NCBI GenBank assembly: GCA_021325355.1
Contig: JAJPHI010000009.1
Span: 387,144 to 451,143, forward strand
DNA from: Pseudomonadota bacterium
GTDB lineage: Bacteria; Desulfobacterota; Binatia; Binatales; Binataceae
Length of the DNA stretch: 64,000 nucleotides
Direction: 5' to 3'
Under the pieces are notes generated by a model. That model had not been told where the DNA came from and searched no databases. It worked only from the letters and a program-made list of their open reading frames with translations. The translations under genes were made by a program, and so were the position numbers. The first letter of the stretch is position 1. The number at the start of each line of letters is the position of its first letter. Below, in pieces: positions 1 through 8,307 of the stretch.

Positions 1-194
1 ATAGCCTGCTTCGCGCCCGCGACTTGCCGCCGCCGGCACCGGTTATGCGCCGGCTTCGCCGCACCTCCGGGTGACTCGCGACTGCCGCCGGCGCCGTTCC
101 GCGTCATTTTTGCGCTCTCATCGACGAGACCGGCGGAACGTCACCGCCCGCAGCCGCGCCGCAAATCTCGTCCGCCGCTTTCGGCTGAAAGCGC

Positions 195-422
195 TCAGCT
201 CTCGCCCGCAAGATTCGCGGGAATTCGGCCAATCCGCCGCTCGCGGTCATAGACCGTGCGCCAACTGAACGGCGACTTGCCGTTGCATCGCTCACACAGC
301 CCGACGCTCGACGCCATCATATTGGCGACTGCATAGAGCATCCCGCAGCCGACGCATCGCTGCTGCACCCGCGCGTTGGGTTTCGGGCGTCTCACCGGGA
401 GCGATCCTTCCGGCCTTCGCAT
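195..422 (-). CDS. Small hypothetical protein with putative Zn-finger (CxxC...CxxC)
   Basis: 75 aa ORF containing CVGC and CERC; transcribed away from the 573-6281 operon. Confidence 0.45.
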   Translation of the reverse strand: MRRPEGSLPVRRPKPNARVQQRCVGCGMLYAVANMMASSVGLCERCNGKSPFSWRTVYDRERRIGRIPANLAGES

Positions 423-433
423 GGTTGGCTGAC

Positions 434-533
434 GGTAATTGCGCTCGATTACCCGCCTATCACGCGACTGTGATGCTGGCGTTAAGGCCTTCTTGGCCGA
501 TGCTGCTTCAGTTTTGCTTACTGAAATATTTCA
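434..533. promoter_or_regulatory. AT-rich divergent intergenic region with inverted repeats (candidate operators)
   Basis: GGTAAT-N8-ATTACC (434-453), TTCAGT-N7-ACTGAA (507-525) and perfect palindrome TGAAATATTTCA (522-533). Confidence 0.4.
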
Positions 534-572
534 CCCTTATGCCTTCGGCGAATTTCTGAAAAATCGTCGGGC

Positions 573-1010
573 ATGTTGAACCATGCCCAATTTGCGTGGA
601 GTGCTCGCAGAAAACTCCTCTTCACTCTTGCTGTAGCAGTCTTCGCTCCGCCAGCGGTTTATGCCGGCAATGCGATTAATCAGGCAACCACCGGCCAACC
701 CGGCACGGCCGTGGTGATTTCGAACACCGCGCCGACGGAGCTGCTGGCGGCAAACCGCGCGCGCTACGGCTGGACGATTTACTGTGCCGGCACCGCCGGT
801 GGTATCGCGGCGATGGTGATGCCGGGCGATTCGGCCGGCGACCCGGCAAGCCCCGCCCCATCCCAGACCGTCGGTTTTCCGGTTCCCGCCAATGTCCTGA
901 TGACCGACCAGGATTTTCCGCTGCGCGGCCTTGACGCGATCCATCAACGTCTCGATGCGGAAGCGCAGGGGAGCGCACCGGTCAGTTGCTACACCTGGGA
1001 GGAGCAATAA
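573..1010 (+). CDS. Secreted hypothetical protein, phage structural/decoration-like
   Basis: Signal peptide-like RRKLLFTLAVAVFAPPAVYA; beta-rich body (LLAANRARYGWTIY...GFPVPAN); first gene of a tightly packed operon. Confidence 0.6.
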   Translation: MLNHAQFAWSARRKLLFTLAVAVFAPPAVYAGNAINQATTGQPGTAVVISNTAPTELLAANRARYGWTIYCAGTAGGIAAMVMPGDSAGDPASPAPSQTVGFPVPANVLMTDQDFPLRGLDAIHQRLDAEAQGSAPVSCYTWEEQ

Positions 1011-1013
1011 GCG

Positions 1014-2702
1014 ATGCTGGTCCGACGAAATCCACTGCTCCGCCGCGCCAGCGCTTGCCCCGCCCCGCCCTATCGCCCGCTGGCGAGCTTTCTTCTGCCC
1101 GCGCTCCTCGTCGCGATTTTCGGCGTTCCGTCGGCAATGGCGGCCCCGTGGGGCAACGGCGCCGGCGGCGGTGGCGGCGGCGCCTCCGGCAAGGTCAACT
1201 CGGGAGCTTCGGGCCAGCTCGGCTACTACTCGGGCAGCGGCACGACGATTTCCGGAACGACGATCGGCGGCGACTGTACTTTCGCGGCACCCAGCACCTT
1301 CACCTGCACCAAAACCAACGGCGTAAGCTTCGCCCCGTCGGCCACGATCAATACGACCAACGCGTCGAATATCAGTGCCGGCACGCTCAGCGCCGCACGC
1401 CTTCCGGCACTTGGCGGCGATACCACATCCGTAGCCGGCTCCGCGGTCACCACCACCCAGCAGGTGCATCTTCATACCCGCGCGATTACCGGAACAGGCA
1501 CCGCGGATACGGCTTCGTGCAGCACCGATCAGGTAATCACGATCAATTCGACCGGCGGCAACTTTATCGAGAATCTGCCCGCCACCACCGGGCTGCCGCC
1601 GAACTGTTCCTTCCTGATTATCAACCTGATGACTTCCGCCAACGTCACGATCACGCCGAATGCCGCAAACGGCGACAAACTTAACGGCGCTTCAAGCTAT
1701 GTTTTGGCGCCGCCCAATCGCGCCACCTGGATACAGTTCGTCGCTCCCAACAGTTGGTCAATCATCGCCGATACTCCGGCCGGCGGCGGCGATGTTGCCG
1801 GTTCGAATCAGAGCTGGCTCGTCACCGGTCTGAACGGCGTGCCGATGCAGGGGGCGCTGGCCAAAGCCAACGCGGTCTGGTGCTACGACGGCTCGGCCCA
1901 CATGGTCGAGTGCGATCTCGCCCAGTATCCCCAAGTCGTCCTCAACAACGATCCGACTACCGGCACCACCCTGAACACGCTGACCAAGATTCAGTCCGGT
2001 AATGCAATTATCGCGGCGACCACGGATTCAGCCGGGATGGTCGGGATTACCGTCGCGGGCGCCGGCAAGAGCGGCGCCGCCACTATCCAACTGACTGGTC
2101 TGGCGACCTGCGTCTTCGATAATTCCACCACGGCGGGCGATTTTGTCGGGATCAGCGCCAGCGTCCCGGGGGATTGTCACGACGCGGGCGCCAACGCCGG
2201 CGCGCTGCTCCAGTCGCAGAAAATCGGCAAGGTTCTCGCCACCAATTCTGGACCGGGCGCGTATCAAATCATGCTCTATCCGGTCGGCGAAAACGTTCGG
2301 ACTCAGGTCGATTATGGGTCTCAGGGCGCGAGCGCGGCGCCGACCACCAGCGGCGGCTCGGCTTACTTCAATCTCCAGGGCCCGCTCTCCAGCGCCACCG
2401 AGGCCAACGTCAACAACGGTCCGGTGCCGGCCAATCACGTCTTCAGCAATCTGTGTTGCGTCTCGACGGTCGCTTCCGGCAGCGCCGTCAATTGGTCCGT
2501 CGTTCTGCGGGCGAACGGCACCGTTCCGTCGGGCGAGCCCAACGTCACCCTGAGCAACACCACGGCGCCGGTGTGCGACACCATCGATACCTACACCAGC
2601 TCGGCCGCCGGCACTGATCTGCTCGACCTGAAGATCACCTGTAACGGCGGTACCTGCGCCTCCGGCAGTCTGGTCCGCTGCTCCACGCTCGAAACCTACT
2701 GA
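1014..2702 (+). CDS. Secreted phage fibre-like protein (Gly/Thr/Ser/Ala-rich, multi-Cys)
   Basis: Hydrophobic signal segment ending SAMA; fibre repeat NASNISAGTLSAARLP; fibre-domain motif INSTGG..LP...NVTI...DKLNG...W; DUF2190/capsid-cement-like segment VGITVAGA...GLATC...AGDFV...IGKVL. Confidence 0.65.
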   Translation: MLVRRNPLLRRASACPAPPYRPLASFLLPALLVAIFGVPSAMAAPWGNGAGGGGGGASGKVNSGASGQLGYYSGSGTTISGTTIGGDCTFAAPSTFTCTKTNGVSFAPSATINTTNASNISAGTLSAARLPALGGDTTSVAGSAVTTTQQVHLHTRAITGTGTADTASCSTDQVITINSTGGNFIENLPATTGLPPNCSFLIINLMTSANVTITPNAANGDKLNGASSYVLAPPNRATWIQFVAPNSWSIIADTPAGGGDVAGSNQSWLVTGLNGVPMQGALAKANAVWCYDGSAHMVECDLAQYPQVVLNNDPTTGTTLNTLTKIQSGNAIIAATTDSAGMVGITVAGAGKSGAATIQLTGLATCVFDNSTTAGDFVGISASVPGDCHDAGANAGALLQSQKIGKVLATNSGPGAYQIMLYPVGENVRTQVDYGSQGASAAPTTSGGSAYFNLQGPLSSATEANVNNGPVPANHVFSNLCCVSTVASGSAVNWSVVLRANGTVPSGEPNVTLSNTTAPVCDTIDTYTSSAAGTDLLDLKITCNGGTCASGSLVRCSTLETY

Positions 2703-2742
2703 GCAGTTCGCGGCCGCGACTGCGTCCAAGGATACCCGACCA

Positions 2743-4092
2743 ATGGAACTCTCCGGATTCCGCTGCGCCGACCCGCGACTCAGCTCCGCGCACCGCGCGC
2801 GGCCACGTCATTCGAAGTTCGCCCTGCGATGGCTCCGACGCGGACTGCTGACCGCGCTGCTCGTCGTCGCCGTGGTTCTGCCGCTTCGCGCCGCCTCAGG
2901 ACCGCTCACCTCGGCCCAGGGATGGGTGGCGGCGCTGATCGATTCGCCTGCCGCCTTTTACACCCCAAATCCCGCCTTCACTCCCGGCTTCGAGATGGGG
3001 CTGTACCAGGGCACGAATGTGCTGGCCACCGCTTCCGCGCCGCACGACGCCAAACTTAAAAGCGCCGCTGCGGCGGTCGTCCCCTTATGTCAGAACGGCA
3101 ACCCGCCGAGCGGCTCCTGCGCCGAGGGCGGAGCCGGCAAAATCGGCGTCGCCCATATCGGCTTCTCGGTTTCGATCCAACAGACCTGCACCGGACCGAA
3201 CCATGCCAACGGTCTGGTCGCGCCGACTCCCTCAGCCTGCGCGACCGGCACCGCCGACTATACGCTCTACCAGGATCAGCAGGGCGCGACGCCCACCATC
3301 GCGCCGACGGTCTACTTTGCCGATTGTGCGCAGCCCTCGGCCACGATGGATAAATGGGCGGCGCAGATAGGTATCAACTCTCAAACCACCGCTCCCTATT
3401 GGTACAACTGCGTAAATACCGTTCTGCCCAACGAGGGGCTGGTCGCCAACCAGATTGAGGCGGTCACGATCGAAGCTGCCGCCGGTTCACCGTCCGCGGG
3501 CTTTTCCTCGATGTCCTCGTTGTCCCATACGCCGTGCCAGGCCGGTGACGAGGCCACCGTCGCTGCCTGCTATGGGGAACAACAGACCGGCATCGTCCTG
3601 CGCGAGCTTTTTCAGCAGTGGCCGCATCTGAAGATCGCCTACCTGTATTCGCGCGCCTACGGCGGATGCGCGGCGGCGGGCACGCTCAATCCCGAACCCT
3701 ATGCCTACGAAGACGGCTTTACCGTCCAGTTCCTGATTCAGGCGCAGATTCGCCAGGCCGACAACAACGGTCCGCAAGACAGCGAGGCCGGCAATCTTGC
3801 CTACAGCGTCGTTCCGGCACTCTCGTGGGGCGGCTATCAATGGGCCAACGGCACGACGCCCAACAGTGAAGGCCTGTCGTGGCCCTGCACTGACTTCACC
3901 ACGACTGACCAGACGCATTTCGTCAACGGCGGTTACCAGAACTCGGCAAATACCATGATCAATTTCTTTCTCGGCACGAGCGTCACCGGCGCCAACCATC
4001 AGGCGTACACCGGATGGATCCGCCCGAATGGCGCGACGCCCGCTCCCACCGCCTCCTCCACTCCCACCATGCTCTTCTCGTTTCACCGCTAA
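2743..4092 (+). CDS. Secreted SGNH-hydrolase-like protein
   Basis: Signal-like RRGLLTALLVVAVVLPLRA; G-x-S motif (IGFS); conserved-looking SRAYGG...LNPEPYAYE; C-terminal DxxH (DQTH); true start may be downstream. Confidence 0.55.
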   Translation: MELSGFRCADPRLSSAHRARPRHSKFALRWLRRGLLTALLVVAVVLPLRAASGPLTSAQGWVAALIDSPAAFYTPNPAFTPGFEMGLYQGTNVLATASAPHDAKLKSAAAAVVPLCQNGNPPSGSCAEGGAGKIGVAHIGFSVSIQQTCTGPNHANGLVAPTPSACATGTADYTLYQDQQGATPTIAPTVYFADCAQPSATMDKWAAQIGINSQTTAPYWYNCVNTVLPNEGLVANQIEAVTIEAAAGSPSAGFSSMSSLSHTPCQAGDEATVAACYGEQQTGIVLRELFQQWPHLKIAYLYSRAYGGCAAAGTLNPEPYAYEDGFTVQFLIQAQIRQADNNGPQDSEAGNLAYSVVPALSWGGYQWANGTTPNSEGLSWPCTDFTTTDQTHFVNGGYQNSANTMINFFLGTSVTGANHQAYTGWIRPNGATPAPTASSTPTMLFSFHR

Positions 4093-4096
4093 GCCG

Positions 4097-4900
4097 ATGA
4101 AAATCAGCGCTGTCATAGTCTCAGTCGATTACGGCGATATCCTCGTCTGGACCCTGCGGGAAAATCGTCACGTCTTCGACCGGCTCGTCGTCGTCACCAG
4201 CCCGCGCGATTTCCGTACCCGTCGCGTCTGCGAGCACTTCCATATCCGGTGCGAAGTCACCAGTGCCTTTTATGCGGGCGCATCGGGGGTGGATCTGCTC
4301 GCCTTCAACAAGGCGGCCGGCATCAACCACGGCCTGCGTCAGTTGATGCAGGAGCGCCCCCCGGACCGCGACGATTGGTACGTCCATCTCGACGCCGATA
4401 TCGTCCTGCCGCCGCGCACTCGCGAACTGCTGCACAAGGTCGATCCCGACCCCGCGTGTATCTACGGCATCGACCGCATGATGTGCACGTCGTTCGATGA
4501 CTATCTGCGTTATGCGGCGCTGCCGGCGCCGCAGCATCAGAACCAGATCTTCGTCCGCGCCGACGCCTTTCCGCTCGGCGTGCGCGTGGCGCGGCTTGAT
4601 CCCGACGGCAGCGGCTATGTCCCGATCGGTTTCTTCCAGATGTGGAACCCGGTCGGCTCGGGCGTGACTGACTATCCGCAATATCACCAGTCAGCCGCCC
4701 GCTCGGACATGCTGTTTGCACTCCGATGGCCCCGGCGCCGCCGACACCTCATCCCCGAGATTGTCGCGACCCATCTCGAGTCCGAAGTCTCGCCGATGGG
4801 CCAGAACTGGAACGGCCGCCGCAGTTGTTCTTTCGGTCCGCCGCCCGCGTCCTCGATTCTCGAACCAAATCCGCAACCTTATGAATGTGAGAGGCAATAA
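4097..4900 (+). CDS. GT-A fold glycosyltransferase (GT2-like)
   Basis: MKISAVIVSVDY start; FNKAAGIN; DxD motif in HLDADIVLP; ATG 4 nt after the previous stop. Confidence 0.7.
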   Translation: MKISAVIVSVDYGDILVWTLRENRHVFDRLVVVTSPRDFRTRRVCEHFHIRCEVTSAFYAGASGVDLLAFNKAAGINHGLRQLMQERPPDRDDWYVHLDADIVLPPRTRELLHKVDPDPACIYGIDRMMCTSFDDYLRYAALPAPQHQNQIFVRADAFPLGVRVARLDPDGSGYVPIGFFQMWNPVGSGVTDYPQYHQSAARSDMLFALRWPRRRRHLIPEIVATHLESEVSPMGQNWNGRRSCSFGPPPASSILEPNPQPYECERQ

Positions 4901-4903
4901 AGC

Positions 4904-5680
4904 ATGATTGCAGGAAAACTCGGCAAACGTCCCGCCCGTCGCGACTTCCGCACGCTGCGTATCAGCAACTATCTGCGCCGTCTGCCCCCGCCGCGTCCCG
5001 ATGGCGTCGACTGGGGTGCGGCCGTGCGCAAGGATCACCTCGCGCTCGGGATGCTCGGCAACGACCAGTACGGCGATTGCTTCTGGGCGATGGCCGCGCA
5101 TGCCTTCATCACCTGGAACGCCAACGCCGGTCGCAAGGTTGAATTCACCACCGATGCGGTACTCAATGCGTACTGCGCCTACCTCGGTATCCCGCGCAGC
5201 CAGCTCAATGATCAGACCGACAACGGCACCGTGATGCTCGACGGGCTCAAGTTCCTGCGCACCACCGGACTCGTTGACGCCTCCGGCAAGGTGCACAAAA
5301 TCGGCGCCTTCGCCGCCGTCGATGCCAAAAACGAGACGGAGGTCAGGGTCGCGCTCGATCTCTTCGGCGAGCTGCTCATCGGCGTCGAATTCCCCGGAGC
5401 GTGGATGAACACCAACGTCTGGGACGTCACCTCGGACGCTGTCGCAGGCGGGCATGCGATCAACGGCATTGCCCGCGACCTCAAGGGTGCGCCGGCGGTC
5501 GGTATCAATATCGATACCTGGGGCGCGGACAACTATTGGCTCACCTGGCCGGCCCTCGCGCAGTTCTGTGACGAGCTTTACGTCACCGTGCCGACGGACT
5601 GGATCGAGGACAACGGTCGCGCGCCGAGCGGACTCGATCTGAAGGCGCTGCTCGCGGACCTTGCCGCGGTCACCGCCTGA
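4904..5680 (+). CDS. Papain-like (C1/C39-like) cysteine peptidase, possible endolysin
   Basis: GNDQYGDCFWA (Cys), GGHAI (His), IDTWG (Asn/Asp position); lies directly before holin-like gene. Confidence 0.65.
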   Translation: MIAGKLGKRPARRDFRTLRISNYLRRLPPPRPDGVDWGAAVRKDHLALGMLGNDQYGDCFWAMAAHAFITWNANAGRKVEFTTDAVLNAYCAYLGIPRSQLNDQTDNGTVMLDGLKFLRTTGLVDASGKVHKIGAFAAVDAKNETEVRVALDLFGELLIGVEFPGAWMNTNVWDVTSDAVAGGHAINGIARDLKGAPAVGINIDTWGADNYWLTWPALAQFCDELYVTVPTDWIEDNGRAPSGLDLKALLADLAAVTA

Positions 5681-5688
5681 CTCGGCAT

Positions 5689-5892
5689 ATGAAAGCACTT
5701 GCTTCGCTGTTGAGTGACCTCAAGACCAGTTGCGCCGGTATCGCCCTCATCGCGATCACCGTGCTCTTTCTCACCGGCCGTCTCGGGGTCAATCAGTATC
5801 TCGCCGCGGTGGGCGCGCTCGCCGGCGGCGGCCTCGTGATGGCGAAAGATGCTTCGCCGGTAACGCCGGAGCAGAAGAAGGAACTGAAATGA
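5689..5892 (+). CDS. Holin-like small membrane protein
   Basis: 67 aa, two hydrophobic segments, KTSxAG...GGLVMAKDA pattern, charged C-terminus (EQKKELK). Confidence 0.6.
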   Translation: MKALASLLSDLKTSCAGIALIAITVLFLTGRLGVNQYLAAVGALAGGGLVMAKDASPVTPEQKKELK

Positions 5893-6281
5893 ATACAGCT
5901 CTTGCCAAATTGACTATCGCGTCGCTGCTCTGCCTGACGCTGCTGTCGCTCGGATGCGCCACCCAAAACGCCGGCATCACCTGGCCCATCAGCATCGGTG
6001 GTCAGCAAATCCTGGTTAACTCCGCGCCGGTCCTGACCATGCAGGCCGAGCAATCCTGCAACGCCCAGGCGCAGGTCGAGTACAATCTGAACGTCGCCGC
6101 CTGCGAGGGCAAGCTCGCCCCGCTCTTCCCGGTGCAGTTCGCCGGCGTCAACGCGCAGGCGCAGGTTCTCTGCCAGGCCTTCGGCTACACCAACTCGAGC
6201 GGCCAGCTTGCCGTGCCCGAGACCATCCAGTTGGGCGGATGCGCCACCGCGGCCAGCACGGTCAAACGCCGCACGTCCTAA
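5889..6281 (+). CDS. Putative lipoprotein (spanin position in lysis-like cassette)
   Basis: ATGA overlap with holin-like stop; signal ending LLSLGC; four further Cys; NAQAQV repeated twice. Confidence 0.6.
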   Translation: MNTALAKLTIASLLCLTLLSLGCATQNAGITWPISIGGQQILVNSAPVLTMQAEQSCNAQAQVEYNLNVAACEGKLAPLFPVQFAGVNAQAQVLCQAFGYTNSSGQLAVPETIQLGGCATAASTVKRRTS

Positions 6282-6320
6282 CGCTGCGCTGAGCCGACCT
6301 GCGCGGTGAAATCGCCATCC

Positions 6321-8195
6321 TCACGCCGGAGCAGCCGCGAACTGATCGTTGCCTTCACCGCGCAGGATCGCATCGAAACGCAGCCCGCCGAGATACTGGC
6401 GGCGCGCCTCTTCGTCGGTGATCACGCTCCGGCGCACGTCGCGGCGGCGGATCTGCCACACTCCCCCGACCATCGGATGGCGCCCCTGGCGATAGCTGAA
6501 GAAGTAATACGACCATTGCCGCCACAGCGCGCGGCGCGCTTCGGCCGAAAGGCCCCGACCGCTCGCGACCGACAGGATCATGCTCAGCAGCCGGCCCAGT
6601 GAATAGAAGCCGGTGAAAGCGTCGCGGTACGCCTGATACCAGGTGTAGGTATCCATCTTCTCGTGCCGCAGCGTCACATGCTGCGAGTCCAGATTATTGA
6701 AGTCCCAGTCGATTATCTGGCCCTCTTTCGCGTATCGCACCTGATCTTCGGTGCCGGGCAGCGGCGTCATGATAAAAAACGACACCATGTCGAAGCCGAT
6801 CTTGCGCAGCATCTGCGCCGCGACCCGCCCGCAGTCCGGACCGTCAAACGGGAATCCCAGCATATAGCCGGCATGCACTGACACGCCCACCCGATGCCAG
6901 TTTTCGACGACTCGGCGGTACTTGTGCAGCACCCGCCGCTTGGCATCTTCGAGGCTCATCCGATGCTGCCGGTCTTCGGTGTTCTGATATTTCGTGGCGT
7001 GATTCAGATTGTCCGGATTGAGCGACTCGATACCGACGAACGCCTGGTAACAGCCCGCCCGCGCCGCGAGCTCCGTAAAGCGCCGGCTTCGGCGATGCTT
7101 GGCCGTCTCGGTTTCGCCCGGTTCCAGGTTCGCGAAGCACGACGCATCGACGTCCACCTGCATCATGAACGAGAAGCGCGGAAACTCCTTGCGTACTTCA
7201 ATCAGTCCCGTGAGAATTTCTTCCCATCGCGGACTGCGGAAAAAATCGTCGTCCACCAAAAACAGCGACTCGATCCCATGATGGCGCGCGGCGTCGCGCA
7301 CCCAGTTGACCACCGCCCCCGGTTCGCGCGATCGCATCGTGCGCCCCATCACATTCTTCACGCTGCAGTAAGAGCAGGTGAACGGACAGCCGCGCGACGT
7401 ATCCAGCGTGGTCATCGTCGTCGTGAAGAACCGCGACAGATAGCGATCATCGATCGTCGGTAACTGCGCGTCGGTTATCACCGGCACGATGATGTCGTCC
7501 TGGCCGGTCTTGGCGCGAATCCCATCGACCACCGCGTAGTTCAGTTTGAGTTCACCGCGCAGAAAATCCTCGATCAGCTCGGCCCAGATCGTTTCGGCCT
7601 CACCGACGATGGTCGTGATACCGCAACTGTTCAGGAATTCGCGCGACTGCGGATAACCGCTGACGTGAAATCCGCCCATCATGGTCGGGATCTGCTTCGC
7701 CACGAACTGCAGCGCCAAATCACGACCGCGCGCATATTGGTTCGACTGCACTCCCGCCAGTCCCACCAATAATTCCACCCCGTCCTCGATCGCTTTTTCT
7801 TTGATCGCGACGATCGTCTCCGGCGTCACCACGCCGTCGCACAACTCGTCCCAGATGACCGTCTCGAGCACCACGTTGCGCTCGGCGCCGCGTTGCTGAT
7901 TGAGCGTATCGTTAAGCGCCTTCAGCACCGTCAGCGTGTTATTCGGCTGCACGCCGTAGCGAAAGAATTGAACATAGCCCTCTTCGTCGTAACGCGAGGG
8001 CTTGATGAAATACACGCGGACCGTCCGGCACGGTTCGGCCCGCAGCGCATCGCTGCCCGCCGCCGATGCCGGCCCCGTCAATTGCAACGGTCGCTTGCTG
8101 TCGCGATGGGTATAACGTTCGTGACCGATCATGAACCAGAGCAGAGTTCCGCAACCGATCAGAACCAGGCTCAGGATAGTAAACGCCAGAATCAT
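6321..8195 (-). CDS. Radical SAM protein (B12-binding/class B-like) with N-terminal membrane anchor
   Basis: SRGCPFTCSYC (CxxxCxxC), LVDDDF, FVGIES, TPLPGT; hydrophobic N-terminus. Confidence 0.85.
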   Translation of the reverse strand: MILAFTILSLVLIGCGTLLWFMIGHERYTHRDSKRPLQLTGPASAAGSDALRAEPCRTVRVYFIKPSRYDEEGYVQFFRYGVQPNNTLTVLKALNDTLNQQRGAERNVVLETVIWDELCDGVVTPETIVAIKEKAIEDGVELLVGLAGVQSNQYARGRDLALQFVAKQIPTMMGGFHVSGYPQSREFLNSCGITTIVGEAETIWAELIEDFLRGELKLNYAVVDGIRAKTGQDDIIVPVITDAQLPTIDDRYLSRFFTTTMTTLDTSRGCPFTCSYCSVKNVMGRTMRSREPGAVVNWVRDAARHHGIESLFLVDDDFFRSPRWEEILTGLIEVRKEFPRFSFMMQVDVDASCFANLEPGETETAKHRRSRRFTELAARAGCYQAFVGIESLNPDNLNHATKYQNTEDRQHRMSLEDAKRRVLHKYRRVVENWHRVGVSVHAGYMLGFPFDGPDCGRVAAQMLRKIGFDMVSFFIMTPLPGTEDQVRYAKEGQIIDWDFNNLDSQHVTLRHEKMDTYTWYQAYRDAFTGFYSLGRLLSMILSVASGRGLSAEARRALWRQWSYYFFSYRQGRHPMVGGVWQIRRRDVRRSVITDEEARRQYLGGLRFDAILRGEGNDQFAAAPA

Positions 8196-8307
8196 GAATC
8201 TTCCTTTTGCTGCTCGGGCCTTCGAAGCCTCGCAATATCTCTAACCGAACGGTCAGAAAAAATTAAGGGCCCCCTGTGTAATAAATCGTCGGCGCATGAA
8301 TTGCCGA

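Noticed and set aside
573..6281. Calling this an intact prophage or mobile element
   Set aside because: No integrase, att site, replication, terminase or capsid gene is visible within the window.
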